A stretch of 64,000 nucleotides of DNA from an uncultured delta proteobacterium (GTDB lineage: Bacteria > Desulfobacterota > Syntrophia > Syntrophales > Smithellaceae): NCBI GenBank assembly GCA_963753975.1, contig CAVWEH010000002.1, positions 640,001 to 704,000 on the forward strand, written 5' to 3'. The position numbers and the translations under genes are program-made. Below are positions 1-10,114 of the stretch, piece by piece; position 1 is the stretch's first letter; each line of letters opens with the position of its first letter. A model generated the notes under the pieces. It saw only the letters and a list, made by a program, of their open reading frames with translations. It was not told where the DNA came from and made no database searches.

Positions 1-209
1 TCCTTGCCGGCAATCGCCAGTTCCCCCGTGGTAGGTTCATCAATGGCACTGATAAGATTCAGGAGTGTGGTTTTGCCGGAACCGGATGGTCCCCATATCG
101 CCACAAACTCTCTTTTATCAATTTGCAGATCGATCCCCCTTAACGCGCGCACTACCGTTTCCCCCAGATGATAATTTTTAGTGATATTTCTCATTTCGAT
201 TAAAGCCAT
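1..209 (-). CDS. ABC transporter ATP-binding protein (LolD/MacB-like), 5' part only, runs off the window
   Basis: Manual translation MALIEMRNITKNYHLGETVVRALRGIDLQIDKREFVAIWGPSGSGKTTLLNLI contains Walker A; AAGGAG RBS upstream. Confidence 0.85.
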   Translation of the reverse strand, partial: MALIEMRNITKNYHLGETVVRALRGIDLQIDKREFVAIWGPSGSGKTTLLNLISAIDEPTTGELAIAGK

Positions 210-670
210 ATTATTTCTCCTTTCAGAAGATCCAGAGATAAATCTACATAAATGCGTTCTAACATAATTTCTCTTTCTCTCCGGAAGTTTAACAATTATT
301 TACATAAACCTCTGATATTGTAAACCCCCCGGCGACTAAAAGATAAATAAGTCGATAAAAAGGAAATAACGGTAGTGGAGCGGTAAAAATGTATATTGAA
401 TTAAATATGCATGATAATCTTTAATGATGTTAAAGACAGTCCAGATTTTCATGCATGCATCTAAAACTGGACTATACGCACAACAAGAATCGTTACGTTA
501 TAAAGGATAGCAGTCACAACCTAGTAGCCACGTTGGCTTATTTAGATCTAAAAAAACATTTCGCAGCTTAAACCTAAACCAATAGCACCACAAGATGATA
601 AAGTCGCGTGCCTTTGAGCTCATACGCTATTTCAAACGCTAATCCTCAAAATATTTATTCATTGTGATTG

Positions 671-706
671 TTAATTTGTAGCTGTAGTCAGCAAGCACTT
701 CTTCCT
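671..706 (+). repeat. Direct repeat copy 1 (partner at 6903-6938)
   Basis: ttaatttgtagctgtagtcagcaagcacttcttcct vs ttaataagtaggtgtagtcagtaagcacttcttcct, 4 mismatches in 36 nt. Confidence 0.75.
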
Positions 707-960
707 ATAAGTGAGCGTTCAGGATTTTTCATGGACATACTTTCTTTCTTCCCCGCAAATTTTCATTCGATTAACATACAGTATTTTTAATTGTAAGAAT
801 TAAAGGCAGGGCTGAAAATACACCACATTCAGGCCGCACAGTTCATTCAATTACCAGCCTCTTGCTCCAGATGTTATTAAGCCTGAGTGGCTAGAAAATG
901 CGGTTTCTCTCTTAAAAACTGGTATAACTTATAGTGGCAGGTTACTTTTGCGTAACATAA

Positions 961-1587
961 TCAAGACATGACCGTTTTCATGACGTTCTTCTCGAGCAGA
1001 TTGGCGAGTTCTTTTTTGGAATAATTCTTCATGTTCCAATGACGCAGGGGATATAGTGATAATTCGTAAACAATCATGTTGGCGCTAAAAGAAGTGTCTT
1101 CTAAGTGAAAGATCTTCCTTGCCACGCCTTTCTTCAGGATTTCTTCCATGTGCGCGACAACCTGGCTTTCCCTGGCCAGAATATTCTTAAGCAGGCGTTT
1201 CGGGAGTGATTTGGATTCGCGGTACAAAAGCAAGATTTCGTCGCCATAGTTATAGCCGGAATCAATCAATCCATGAATGATGGCCCTCAATTGCTTGACG
1301 GGATCGTCAATGCTCATTATCCCCTGCTTTTCAAAAAGCTCTAATTCCGGCCTGTGAAGCATATCAAAAACCAAAAAAAGTATTTCTTCTTTGCTCTTGA
1401 TAAAATAATACAGGTTCCGGATATCAATTCCCGTTGCTCTGGATATTTCGCGCATAGATGTTTGTGCGTAACCCTTTTTCATGAAGAGCTGCGTGGCTTT
1501 CTTAATGATCTGCATCTGCCTTTTTTGAAAGAGATCTTTATTTCTCCTCGGTTTGGACTTATTGCCGGGGGCTGTTTTTTTTTCCAT
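961..1587 (-). CDS. TetR/AcrR-family transcriptional regulator
   Basis: N-terminal HTH ATQLFMKKGYAQTSMREISRATGIDIRNLYYFIKSKEEIL. Confidence 0.9.
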   Translation of the reverse strand: MEKKTAPGNKSKPRRNKDLFQKRQMQIIKKATQLFMKKGYAQTSMREISRATGIDIRNLYYFIKSKEEILFLVFDMLHRPELELFEKQGIMSIDDPVKQLRAIIHGLIDSGYNYGDEILLLYRESKSLPKRLLKNILARESQVVAHMEEILKKGVARKIFHLEDTSFSANMIVYELSLYPLRHWNMKNYSKKELANLLEKNVMKTVMS

Positions 1588-1661
1588 TAATGTAATGGCA
1601 ATCCTTTCAATACCATGGACATTTCTATAACCAGTCTGTCAATTTAAATTAAAAATAAGAC

Positions 1662-1705
1662 TTGACAATATAACCCCGTAAAAATATCATACACAACGAT
1701 CGTTG
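1662..1705 (+). promoter_or_regulatory. Sigma70-type promoter followed by a palindromic TetR-type operator
   Basis: TTGACA(1662)-N17-TATCAT(1685); perfect palindrome CAACGATCGTTG at 1694-1705; divergent from the TetR gene. Confidence 0.65.
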
Positions 1706-1792
1706 GTTGTATAATATTCATGTCATAGCATCATTGCAAGTAAAATTATGAAGACAAAGTTTTTTCATTAACAATAAAAAAGGATATCTGCA

Positions 1793-2478
1793 ATGAGAAA
1801 TTTCTACAAAATTATGTTAGCCGTCTTTACAGCTATGACAATATTTACCGCTCCGGCCATGGCCGAAACGATCAAATGGCGGATGGTTTCCGTCTGGCCG
1901 GCTTACTCGGCAATCTTTCAAAGTCAAACTCGTTTGGTTAAAAGCATATATGAACTCAGCGGCGGACGTTTGCAAATTTCTGTCCATCCGGCAGGAGAGC
2001 TTGTCCCCTCAATGGCTGTTTTTGATACGGTTTCCAAAGGCGCCGTGGAGATGGGCGTGGATTATGCCAACTATTGGGCTAATAAAAATTCCGCGTTTGA
2101 TCTTTTGGGATCATATCCTTTGTTGTTAAGCCAAATGGATTATCTGAACTGGTATTACCATGGTGGTGGACAGGAGCTTGTTGATGAACTCTACGGCAAA
2201 TACAATATGCTTTATTTTGTTAATGGTCTCACTGCTGTCGCGTCAGGCATCCGTTCCAGTATGCCTATCCGAAGCTGGCAGACCTAGAAGGCAAAAAGAT
2301 TAGAATGTCCGGTAAAGCAGCTGGTTACGTCTTGCAGAAGATCGGAGCTGTCCCGGTTATGACGGTACCTACTGAAATTTCCCATGTGGTGGCAAACGGA
2401 ATTATTGATGCAGTTTCATTCAGTACACCTGCTATTGATTGGAGTATGGGGCTGGGTGAACTTAGCTGTCTGATTTGA
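1793..2478 (+). pseudogene. TRAP transporter DctP/TakP-like solute-binding protein, frameshifted and truncated
   Basis: Signal peptide, WRMVSVWP, SGGRLQISVHPAGELVP..VFDTVSKGAVEMG; frameshift near 2275 continues DLEGKKIRMSG..IIDAVSFSTPAIDWSMGL, stop at 2478; no dctQM nearby. Confidence 0.8.
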
Positions 2479-2684
2479 AGTAAGTTTTTTTATTTCAAAT
2501 CTATTTTTTGAAAAAAGAAGTGTTTTAGGGTATGTTGAGGCTTAGTTTGTAAGAAGTAATTAAATAGTTGCTAACAAATCTTCTTATAATTGCTTCATAT
2601 TAATAATTCTATAATGATATGAAAACGTCATTTTAAATTTCATTTCACTTTTAAGAATTAATACAATTAAGGAGGAAATTCCAC

Positions 2685-4352
2685 TTGGAAGCAAAATTTT
2701 GGCACAATAACTACGATTATAATGTCCCTACTTCAATCCGTTATCCAAAATTCCCTGTACAGAATTTAGTTCATCTGGCGGCCGCGCAGTATCCCCACAA
2801 AGCGGCTGTGGATTTCTATGGCACCGAACTATCCAACAGCCAAGTTCGCACGCAGATGCTCCGTATGGCTAACGCCCTGGTGAGTATCGGTATTAAAAAA
2901 GGTGACCGCATCGGTATCGCTTTGCCCAATTGTCCTCAATATATTATTGCTTATTACGCGATACTGTCGGCAGGCGCCATTGTCGTGAACATGAACCCTC
3001 TTTATACCCATGATGAGCTCAAATTCATGGTGGAAAACACCGGCATGAAAATAATGGTTACTTTTGACATGGTGCTGCCGCTTATGGGCAAACTGGCCAA
3101 AGATCTCGGTTTTAAACTGATAGTGACAAAGGTGACTGATTATATCAATGGCTTTGGTGTCAGCACAGCCAAGGATCTGGCACTGGAAAAAGAGTGGTAT
3201 CATTTCTCCGAATTGCTCGATAAAACAACCGATTCGCGTCTCCCCAGGGTCGATTTTCAGCCCAGTGACAATGCCTTGATCCAGTTTACAGGAGGGACAA
3301 CCGGCCTGCCGAAAGGAGCGGTTCTCACCCATGCCAATGTTGTTTCCGCCGCTTTCTGTGCTTCTCTGTGGGGTTCTTCGACGGTTATCTATGCGCCCTA
3401 TGAAAAGCGGACAGTGATGGGAATCATACCTTATTTTCATATCTATGCTAACATTTGTTGTCTTAATTGGGGCTTCCTCAGCATGGCTACTCAGATCCTG
3501 ATGCCCAAGTTCGATATGGACGAACTGCTGGCTACTATCGCCCGAATTGAACGTTTTACCTTTTTCCCGACGGTTCCGACAATGATTACGGCTATCGTAA
3601 ACCATCCTAAAGCGGGTGAACTGAAGCTGGCGGAAAAAATCGGCTATTTCTGTTCCGGCGGCGCTCCGATGCCCGTTGAGCTCATTGAGCGAGTGAGCGA
3701 TTTGGGTATCTTTTTCAGCGAGGGATGGGGAATGAGTGAGACGACATCTTCGGGGATCAGTAATCCCGGCCTGAAACACAAACCGGGCTCCATCGGCGTT
3801 CCGTACATGGATCACGATGTCCGTCTGGTCAGCGTCGATAACGGTGTCGATGAAGTGAAACGGGGCGAACCGGGTGAAATTCTCATCAAAGGGCCAACGG
3901 TAATGAGGGGTTACTGGAACAACCCGGAAGAAACCGCCAATCAACTTACCGATGGCTGGCTCCATACAGGCGATATAGGCCAGATGGATGAAGACGGTTA
4001 CATCTATATAGTTGACCGGAAAAAAGACATGATCATTGCCGGCGGGTTTAATATTTATCCGCGCGAAGTGGATGAAGTCCTCTATCAGCATCCCAAAGTG
4101 GCGGAAGCTGTTACAGTCGGCATACCGGATGCCTACCGGGGCGAAACGGTAAAAGTTTTCATCGTCTTGAAACCGGTTGAAAAAGCAACGGATAAAGATA
4201 TTATCGATTTCTGCAAACAGAAACTTGCTGCCTATAAGGTGCCCAAAATTGTTGAGTTCAGGACTTCGATACCTAAATCGGCGGTCGGGAAGATTTTGCG
4301 TAAAGTCCTGCGTGATGAGGAAATTGCTAAAAGCAAAAGCAAAAAAAAATAG
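2685..4352 (+). CDS. Long-chain fatty acid--CoA ligase (AMP-binding family)
   Basis: FTGGTTGLPKGA, EGWGMSET, GWLHTGDIG, DRKKDMII, PKSAVGKILR; AGGAGG RBS before TTG. Confidence 0.92.
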   Translation: MEAKFWHNNYDYNVPTSIRYPKFPVQNLVHLAAAQYPHKAAVDFYGTELSNSQVRTQMLRMANALVSIGIKKGDRIGIALPNCPQYIIAYYAILSAGAIVVNMNPLYTHDELKFMVENTGMKIMVTFDMVLPLMGKLAKDLGFKLIVTKVTDYINGFGVSTAKDLALEKEWYHFSELLDKTTDSRLPRVDFQPSDNALIQFTGGTTGLPKGAVLTHANVVSAAFCASLWGSSTVIYAPYEKRTVMGIIPYFHIYANICCLNWGFLSMATQILMPKFDMDELLATIARIERFTFFPTVPTMITAIVNHPKAGELKLAEKIGYFCSGGAPMPVELIERVSDLGIFFSEGWGMSETTSSGISNPGLKHKPGSIGVPYMDHDVRLVSVDNGVDEVKRGEPGEILIKGPTVMRGYWNNPEETANQLTDGWLHTGDIGQMDEDGYIYIVDRKKDMIIAGGFNIYPREVDEVLYQHPKVAEAVTVGIPDAYRGETVKVFIVLKPVEKATDKDIIDFCKQKLAAYKVPKIVEFRTSIPKSAVGKILRKVLRDEEIAKSKSKKK

Positions 4353-4599
4353 CACGGATGCGTGAGTAGTTAATCATTATTGCGGCTTAGCCGATAATCG
4401 TACAATACTCTTGGTTACTTGCTATTTTGCAATTTCAGTATTGAGTTCTTATTCTGCCAGTTATGGCGGAATAATATTTATAAAGTAGTAAAAAAATAAA
4501 AAAGGAGGCGATAATAGGTTTACAGTAGTGACAAAGTGTCAGGTGTAATAAAATGATTTATAAATTTGTAGAAATTATAATGATTAAGGAGGGTATTAC

Positions 4600-5847
4600 A
4601 TGTCTGAAGTAACGAATGGAACTATTGTTGACCCTGCTAAATACAGGGGAAAAGTATTGGGGGCGGCCATTGCCGGATACGCCTTTGACGGTTTTGATAT
4701 CATGGTTTATGCTCTGACCGTGCCCGTGTTGTTTAAAGACTGGTTTGCACAAGGATTCAACATAGTGCAGGCCGGCGCCATCGGCACAGCCATGCTGATC
4801 GGTATGAGCCTCGGCGGCTATATCTTTGGGCCGATTGCCGATAAATTCGGCCGGAGAAAAGCTATGATCTGGAATCTTTCCTTTTTCGGTATTACTACCG
4901 GCCTGACCTTTTTTGCCCAGGATTATATCCAGTTGGGCGCACTGCGGTTCCTGGCCGGACTCGGACTGGGCGCCGAATACGCGCTGGGCGGAACAATGGC
5001 AGCGGAGTTCTTTCCGCCGGAGAAACGCGGCAAGCTCAGCTCCTGGGTACAGAATGGTTGGCCCATCGGTTTTGGCGCCGCTATTCTTGCCCAGTATTTC
5101 ATGCAGCCGATCTGGGGCTGGCGTTCTGTTTATCTCCTCGGCACATCGGCAGTTTTAGTCGCCATTTATATAGCAATCTTTGTTCCCGAATCACCCGTCT
5201 GGCTGAAGGCGCAGGAAGCTAAGAAAAAGGGCATTGTTACTCACGGACCACCTTCGGCAAAATTGTCCGATATTTTCCGTGGTGCTAACCTGCGGGAATT
5301 TCTCGTCGTCAGCATATTCTTTATCTGTCTGCTGACCGTCTACTGGGCGGTTAATACGTGGCTGCCTACTATTCTGGCCAGAGAAAGAGGGATGAGCCCG
5401 AAGGCATTAGCCACTTTCCTGGTAATTTTACAGCTTACGGCCGTGATCGCTTATTTCATCGGCGGAATTCTTGCGGATAAATTCGGCAAACGCAAAGTTA
5501 CGGCTATTGCCGCATTTATTTCTGCGGTAACGGGAGTCCTCTGGCTGGGTTTCGTATGGAGCGATAATGTTTTCTATGCGTTGGGATTCCTTGCCTGGTC
5601 GGTCCCATCGGTTGTCTGGGCAGTGGCGATAGGGCTCGCTGTCGAGCAGTTTCCCACCAACATCCGCGGCGTCGGCTTTGCCAGCGCCTTTTCCACAGGC
5701 CGTCTGGTGGCAACAATCGTACCGATCGCCATGGCGGCAGTAGCGATGAAAATTCCTCTGACGCTGGTTATGGCCGGTGTCACTGGTTTATATATCATCT
5801 GTATGTTTGCCATCCTCTTAATGAGAGAGACAAAGGCCCAGTTATAA
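4600..5847 (+). CDS. MFS transporter (aromatic acid/carboxylate symporter-like)
   Basis: FDGFD, GPIADKFGRRK and LADKFGKRK motif A, RFLAGLGLGAE, EFFPPEKRG; about 12 TM segments. Confidence 0.88.
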   Translation: MSEVTNGTIVDPAKYRGKVLGAAIAGYAFDGFDIMVYALTVPVLFKDWFAQGFNIVQAGAIGTAMLIGMSLGGYIFGPIADKFGRRKAMIWNLSFFGITTGLTFFAQDYIQLGALRFLAGLGLGAEYALGGTMAAEFFPPEKRGKLSSWVQNGWPIGFGAAILAQYFMQPIWGWRSVYLLGTSAVLVAIYIAIFVPESPVWLKAQEAKKKGIVTHGPPSAKLSDIFRGANLREFLVVSIFFICLLTVYWAVNTWLPTILARERGMSPKALATFLVILQLTAVIAYFIGGILADKFGKRKVTAIAAFISAVTGVLWLGFVWSDNVFYALGFLAWSVPSVVWAVAIGLAVEQFPTNIRGVGFASAFSTGRLVATIVPIAMAAVAMKIPLTLVMAGVTGLYIICMFAILLMRETKAQL

Positions 5848-5893
5848 AAATATGATTCTAATTGGATAGAAAACCGGAATAAACCGGCTATCA

Positions 5894-5938
5894 TAAACCC
5901 CTTGTTCCTTTTCTTTTAGAAAGGGAACAAGGGTTTTA
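5894..5938. terminator. Intrinsic terminator hairpin after the MFS gene
   Basis: aaaccccttgttcct...agggaacaagggttttat inverted repeat followed by T-rich tract. Confidence 0.7.
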
Positions 5939-6084
5939 TGATTTTAGCAATTTGTATTTTCATCTGTTTTATTTTTATCTTGTCAACAGGATACGGTTAT
6001 GATAGCGATATAAAAAGTAATAGCCAAAAGGCTAGTACGTTGCACAAAAAAGAATTAAAATCACACTATTAAAAGGGGGGCTTT

Positions 6085-6489
6085 ATGAAAAGATTTAATC
6101 TGGTTGTTATGTGTTTAGTTGTTTTAGGTTTGGTAGCTTCAGCGTCATTGAGCTATGCGGCACCGAAAAGCAAAGCTGCTGCTAAACCAGTTGCAAATGC
6201 CAACATAGATGGTAAGTGGTATTTTTCAGTTACAACGCCAACGGGTACAGGCAATCCTGTCTTTACATTTAAGCTAGACGGCAATAAATTGACGGGAAAC
6301 TATGCAGGCAGATTCGGAGAGGCACCGCTAACAGGAACCATGAAAGGTGACAACTTTGAAGTGAAGTACGTCCTGGACGGGGCAACTACGGTTTACAAAG
6401 GCAAGATTAGTGGTGACAAAGTATCCGGCACGTGTAATTTGGGAGGCCAGGTAGACGGTACTTTCGAGGGAGACAAAATAAAAAATTAA
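6085..6489 (+). CDS. Exported beta-rich hypothetical protein
   Basis: Signal peptide; IDGKWYFSVTTPTG..FTFKLDGNKLTG repeats of beta strands; GGGGG RBS. Confidence 0.75.
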   Translation: MKRFNLVVMCLVVLGLVASASLSYAAPKSKAAAKPVANANIDGKWYFSVTTPTGTGNPVFTFKLDGNKLTGNYAGRFGEAPLTGTMKGDNFEVKYVLDGATTVYKGKISGDKVSGTCNLGGQVDGTFEGDKIKN

Positions 6490-6544
6490 CTGAATAGACT
6501 TGAGAAATACTCGAGTTGTTTTAATTGTTGTCAACAAATAGGAT

Positions 6545-6811
6545 TTACCATGTTTTAGAAAAGGGGCCACAGGCGTAGCCTGAAGCCCCTTTTCTTCGTT
6601 TTTGGCTCACTGCCGAACTGGAAAAGAAGCTTTGAATACATTTATTAATGATGAGGCTTGGTTTTGCGGCGGCATGCATACGCTGCTTTTGTGCCCGAGA
6701 TGCAAAACCCATCGAAATATTTTTTATAGCTCCCCCAAATCCAGTTTCCATATGACCTTTGAAATGGGAGAAAACAATAAAGCCATCCGCTTGCTCAACG
6801 ATTCTTCCCAC
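6545..6811 (-). pseudogene. Internal fragment of a DUF362-family Fe-S protein
   Basis: SHFKGHMETGFGGAIKNISMGFASRAQKQRMH motif; N- and C-terminal parts missing. Confidence 0.75.
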
Positions 6812-6902
6812 CGGTGAAGTTTTCGTTACGGACCGCAGGCAATTACTTAATGGGTCAGTATTTCAAGTGGCAATCATCAATTCAATCCCAAACCAAAAAA
6901 CA

Positions 6903-6938
6903 TTAATAAGTAGGTGTAGTCAGTAAGCACTTCTTCCT
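6903..6938 (+). repeat. Direct repeat copy 2 (partner at 671-706)
   Basis: See copy 1. Confidence 0.75.
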
Positions 6939-7162
6939 GAAAGAAACAAGTCGTTATTCTTATCGCGTATATTGGACTTCAATCAGTAATAAATACAAAT
7001 TTATACCCCACATTTTGTGGCCAAGATTTCCTGATTAACTGACAATTATTAAGTGGCCTGCCCCCAATGCTTGCACCATAAATCAAGTTCGAATTGAGCC
7101 ATTTTGACCCGGCACTGCAGAACTCAAGACAGTCAGACTAAAACGTATTCAAATCACGGGTA

Positions 7163-7290
7163 TGAACCCCAAAGCAAGCTTTGGAAACATATTCCGCAGC
7201 AAGCTGCGGGGTATTAAACCCTCCGCTTCGCGGGATTGTTCAACTTACCAATTCCGCTACGCTTCGCTTTCGGAATTGGAGTTTCAACAA
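7163..7290. repeat. REP/MITE-like multi-hairpin element
   Basis: ccaaagcaagctttgg, ccgcagcaagctgcgg and ccaattccg..cggaattgg hairpins; the GCAGCAAGCTGC core also occurs near 45668. Confidence 0.6.
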
Positions 7291-7311
7291 TAAAAAGCCC
7301 CATAAAACTCA

Positions 7312-10114
7312 TCAAATATCTATCGAAAGCATATAATATTCGACCCTTCTTTGCGGATAGAGCGTTGCCATAATCTTTGTGTAACGCTTGAGCTGTTCCT
7401 CATATTTGTACCTTAGTCCTCTCATGGAACCGGATTTATAATCAATGATCGTAATGAGATTCTCCGACACGATCATTCTATCCACTATACCAAAACTTTC
7501 CTTATCCGATATCTGTTGCTCGATATAGACATTGCCCGGTCGGAACATTACGGCGGAAACATCGCTTCTTTCAACAAAACGAACCGCCGCTTCATATTCT
7601 TCATCGTTTAGTTCTCCGTCCGGCGGAAGCGTCGTCCCGATCAACAACCTTAGCCAGCCAGCGGTGCAACCGATCACCTCTCATAATACCGGCCTTGATA
7701 TAGGCCGATATCAGCTCCGGATCAATCTCGCCGTATTTTTCCGGCTCATCATTATGCTTTGCAGGCACACTGAGTATAATTACTGGCTCCGGCTCTTTTT
7801 TCTTGCCGGACAAATAACAAATTTCTTTCTTACTGCCATCCGGTGCAAACCGCAAAAATGTATTAAGCATCGCCTGATGGACAGGCTTGCAGTTTTCGTC
7901 TTTTTTCTTCGGCAGAAAAACAGATAGTGTTCTTATGGCTCTTGTTGCGGCTACATAGAAAACATTCGCCTTCTCCCGACGTAGTTGTTTCAGGTTTATT
8001 TCATGATTCTCAATGATATCTTTGGCTATTGCCGAATCGCTCGCGCCTAGAAAATTAATCTCATCGCCTGAAAATTTCATATTACATTGCCGGGCTTCCA
8101 GATAGAACGGCGACGTTTTTTCATCCTCATTCCAGAAAACAAATACATGTTTGAACTGCAGGCCTTTTGTCCCGTGAATTGTGTCAACTTTAATATTTTC
8201 ACTATTTTCCGACTCCGGCACCTTCACACTAAAACGAATATTGAACATCCTCAGAAGAAAACCATCCACGTCAGCGCCGCCTTCCCTGAAGAAGGACTGC
8301 GCTTCATCCTGCCAGATATCAAGTATTGTCGAGGGCAGTTTCCTGCGCAAAACTTCAATCGCGCAACTAACCGCCATCAACCCGAATGGCTGTGGATACT
8401 TTTGCGCAAACTCCGCCCGGATAGCCTCAATGTTGCCGAATATTTCTTTCCATAATGTTGAATTTGCCGCTGTGGCGATGAACCGTGTCTTATCCTCTTT
8501 CGCCAAAACACCGGCAATGAAAAACATTGCCGCCACTCCTTCCTCTGTTGAAAGAAGCTGTCTTCCTTTTACCGCTGCCACGCCAATGTCGTTTTTTAAA
8601 AGCTCGGCTTCAATCTTCTGCACATGATTGTTGGTCAAAGCCAGCACCGCCATGTCTCCCCAGGGACAGCCATACTCAGCCTTTTTCTTCTTCAGATATT
8701 CTACCATCGCGGAATAGAAAGGGGCTTCCGAATTGCCATCTTTTTCCAGCTCGACGCGATTCACCTCTGTCACACCGTCAAAAGTTTCCAGCTTCTCCGG
8801 CGGTTTCTGCGTTTCCGTTTTTTCCTTTCCGGTAAAGAGATTGGCGACAAGTTCATTAAAAAAGGAAATGAGTAGAGGCGTGCTGCGATAATTGTATTCG
8901 AGCGATCTTTCCGTGATTATTTTGTTCTTGATGTATCTGCCGATGGCTTCTTCCAGAGCCTCGCGGTCTGCACCGCGCCACCCGTAGATCATTTGCTTCC
9001 AATCGCCCACAGCAAAAAAAGACCTTTCGCCGCGCTCACCTCGGCCGGATAAAATCTCATCAATTAAAGGCAACAGTATCGCGATATCACCTTTTGAGGT
9101 ATCCTGAAATTCATCAATCAGCAGATGCTCCGTCCGATCGAGTCCCAGAGAAAAGTAATTGCTCATGAGCTTCGGGCGATCAATCGCTGCCACCCCGTCC
9201 AGTTCAAGGAGGCCTCTGCGCACATCCTGGAAAAAGATCAGTCCTTTCTCGTTTTTCACGGCGTCAGCCGCCTCCAAATATAACTTGCAAAGAGAAGCTA
9301 CAGCCAGTTCTCTAAGCAGTACCTTGTTGATGGACAGCTTCTCGGCAGTCTTTCTGAAATCCTTAAAAATTTTGTTAAGATCCGAATACGGTGTGTTCTT
9401 CCATTCTATCGCTTTGCCCAGGCTCTTGTAATGTTCCAAATCAGAATGGGTTGCCACAGCCCTGGAAATAAAACTGTCATAATCGGCCAAATAATTTATA
9501 ACCAACCTGTTAACATTAGGCGTCACTTGGTCTGCCAAAGTTTTGGCTTTTTCACTGATAGATGTAAGCGTATTTCTTAGAACTCCATTCTCTTTCATCA
9601 GAGCATCAATATCTTTGAGCCTCTCCATATCCATCAGACAGCGTTCGATAGTTTGTTCCTCCGCCAGAGGTTCCCAAAGCGCGTCCATGTCTGTTCTTAA
9701 TATCCTGGCCACCATGATGATCTTATCGGCCCTACCGCTTTTTATTACGTTGTCACGAAAAAGGATTTCTATCTCGCGCAACAGTTCTATTTGCGCCTTC
9801 TCGTCCGCGAGTTTTGGCACACTGCCGGCCGCGCAGCCGGCCGCGGAAAAGAGCCGGTAAAAAAAAGAATCTATTGTCGAATAACCGACGCGCCCTGCCT
9901 CCATAATCAGCCTTAAGCGCTCAAACAGAGGCAGTCCCTTTTTTTCGGCTATCTCTTTCATTATTCGATAGCGCATCTCGGTGGTGGCGGCGCGTGTAAA
10001 GGTCAGCGCTGCAATGAATTTCCCGCCGATAAGAATCCTTTTGAACACCTCTTCGGTGAGTCTTGTTGTTTTTCCCGAGCCTGCCGAGGCTTTCAGTAGA
10101 ATGCTTTTCATCAC
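7312..10114 (-). CDS. addA: AddA-like UvrD helicase/RecB-type nuclease, split by one +1 frameshift near 7640
   Basis: ASAGSGKT, ALTFTRAAT, LIDEFQDTS, VGDWKQMIYGWRGA, NYRS, TIHGTKGLQF, YVAATRA; nuclease part (GIVDR..IIDYKSG..QLKRY) is in the 7312-7677 frame. Confidence 0.85.

Noticed and set aside
2829..4355. 508-aa antisense ORF, and many similar shadow ORFs in the track
   Set aside because: Lies opposite a well-supported gene and has no recognisable motifs or RBS
7150..7290. CRISPR array or tRNA among the hairpin repeats
   Set aside because: No regularly spaced identical repeats with unique spacers, no cas genes and no cloverleaf seen here or elsewhere in the window
7630..7650. Programmed frameshift separating the AddA helicase and nuclease
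   Set aside because: No slippery sequence; same +1 pattern as other probable errors
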